Part shown: positions 63,863 to 64,000 of the stretch, one piece after another
How the letters are laid out: each line of letters begins with the position of its first letter
Position numbering within the stretch: the stretch's first letter is position 1
From: a virus
Virus record (IMG/VR): IMGVR_UViG_3300029413_000164
Direction: 5' to 3' (one strand)
Length of the DNA: 64,000 nt
Position numbers and translations under genes: made by a program
Notes under the pieces: model-generated
The model's database searches: none
The model's input: only the letters and a program-made list of their open reading frames with translations
Told to the model about the DNA's origin: nothing

Positions 63863-64000
63863 TAAAAGAATTTGCCCAAAAGCTTAATGGGCGCGAATAT
63901 GGCTGGCCACAATTCACAAAGGAAGAACTCGCCATTGCCAAAGAGAATGGCTTTATTATTGTGCATGGTGCCAGTGATGACCTCATGGAAATTGAGGGCG
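63863..64000 (+). CDS. Hypothetical protein, 3' partial at window edge
   Basis: ORF MMLKEFAQKLNGREYGW... overlaps the previous stop and runs off the window. Confidence 0.4.

Noticed and set aside
1-64000. CRISPR arrays or rRNA genes
   Set aside because: There are no regularly spaced direct repeats with unique spacers anywhere in the window. No stretch resembles 16S or 23S conserved regions.
1-64000. Genome-wide TAG (amber) recoding, as in some large gut phages
   Set aside because: Most TAG stops are followed within a few codons by another stop and a terminator, or by the next RBS. This holds for the TAGs ending the ORFs at 2350-3069, 4242-5513, 11254-12915, 12957-14789, 19425-20234 and 31481-32572. 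Only the junctions at 37340 and 52956 continue in frame, which is within chance expectation. No CUA-anticodon tRNA was seen.

Overview
The whole 64 kb window looks like one low-GC mobile element (roughly 37-39% GC by eye), almost entirely transcribed on the + strand. It is most consistent with a large phage, prophage or phage-plasmid of a Clostridia-like Firmicutes host. No capsid, portal or terminase gene is visible in this window, so 'phage' rests on gene content rather than structural genes.

Recognisable modules, left to right:
- An NlpC/P60-like hydrolase followed by a cluster of small membrane proteins and a TadZ/CpaE-like ParA-fold protein whose Walker A motif is degenerate.
- An intact IS200/IS605 insertion carrying tnpA and tnpB plus a candidate ωRNA region, next to a J-domain membrane protein.
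- An operon of an 821-aa acidic protein, a MoxR/CobS-like AAA+ ATPase, a protein combining an HExxH motif with a C-terminal VWA domain (CobT/DUF2201-like), and a 142-aa ORF.
- An XRE-type repressor-like gene diverging from a sigma-70-like factor gene.
- A replication module: DnaQ-like exonuclease, canonical SSB, a CHC2 primase-type zinc-finger protein, a DnaE-type Pol III alpha with a coiled-coil insertion, a second two-OB SSB-like protein with CxxC pairs, and a RecD2-like helicase.
- An SPFH-domain protein and an HU-like protein.
- An RNA cluster with a tmRNA and tRNA-Trp, tRNA-Glu and tRNA-Met.
- A TerD-domain protein.
- Giant secreted proteins with a subtilase domain, Listeria-Bacteroides-type repeats and cell-wall-binding repeats; three loci share a C-terminal module plus terminator.
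- Two metallophosphoesterases, a tyrosine recombinase with a 10-6-10 palindrome upstream, a decayed TnpB remnant and an HNH endonuclease.

The most striking signal is a conserved promoter-like motif, the core ATCATACT(T/C)AT with an embedded TATAAT-like hexamer. It is often preceded about 17 bp upstream by TTATATAGAAGGCCAT. It occurs about 29 times, always 25-90 bp upstream of a gene start and in that gene's orientation, including ahead of the tmRNA/tRNA cluster. It is absent from the XRE, integrase and IS genes. Together with the element-encoded sigma-like protein this suggests an element-specific transcription programme.

No CRISPR array and no rRNA gene were seen.
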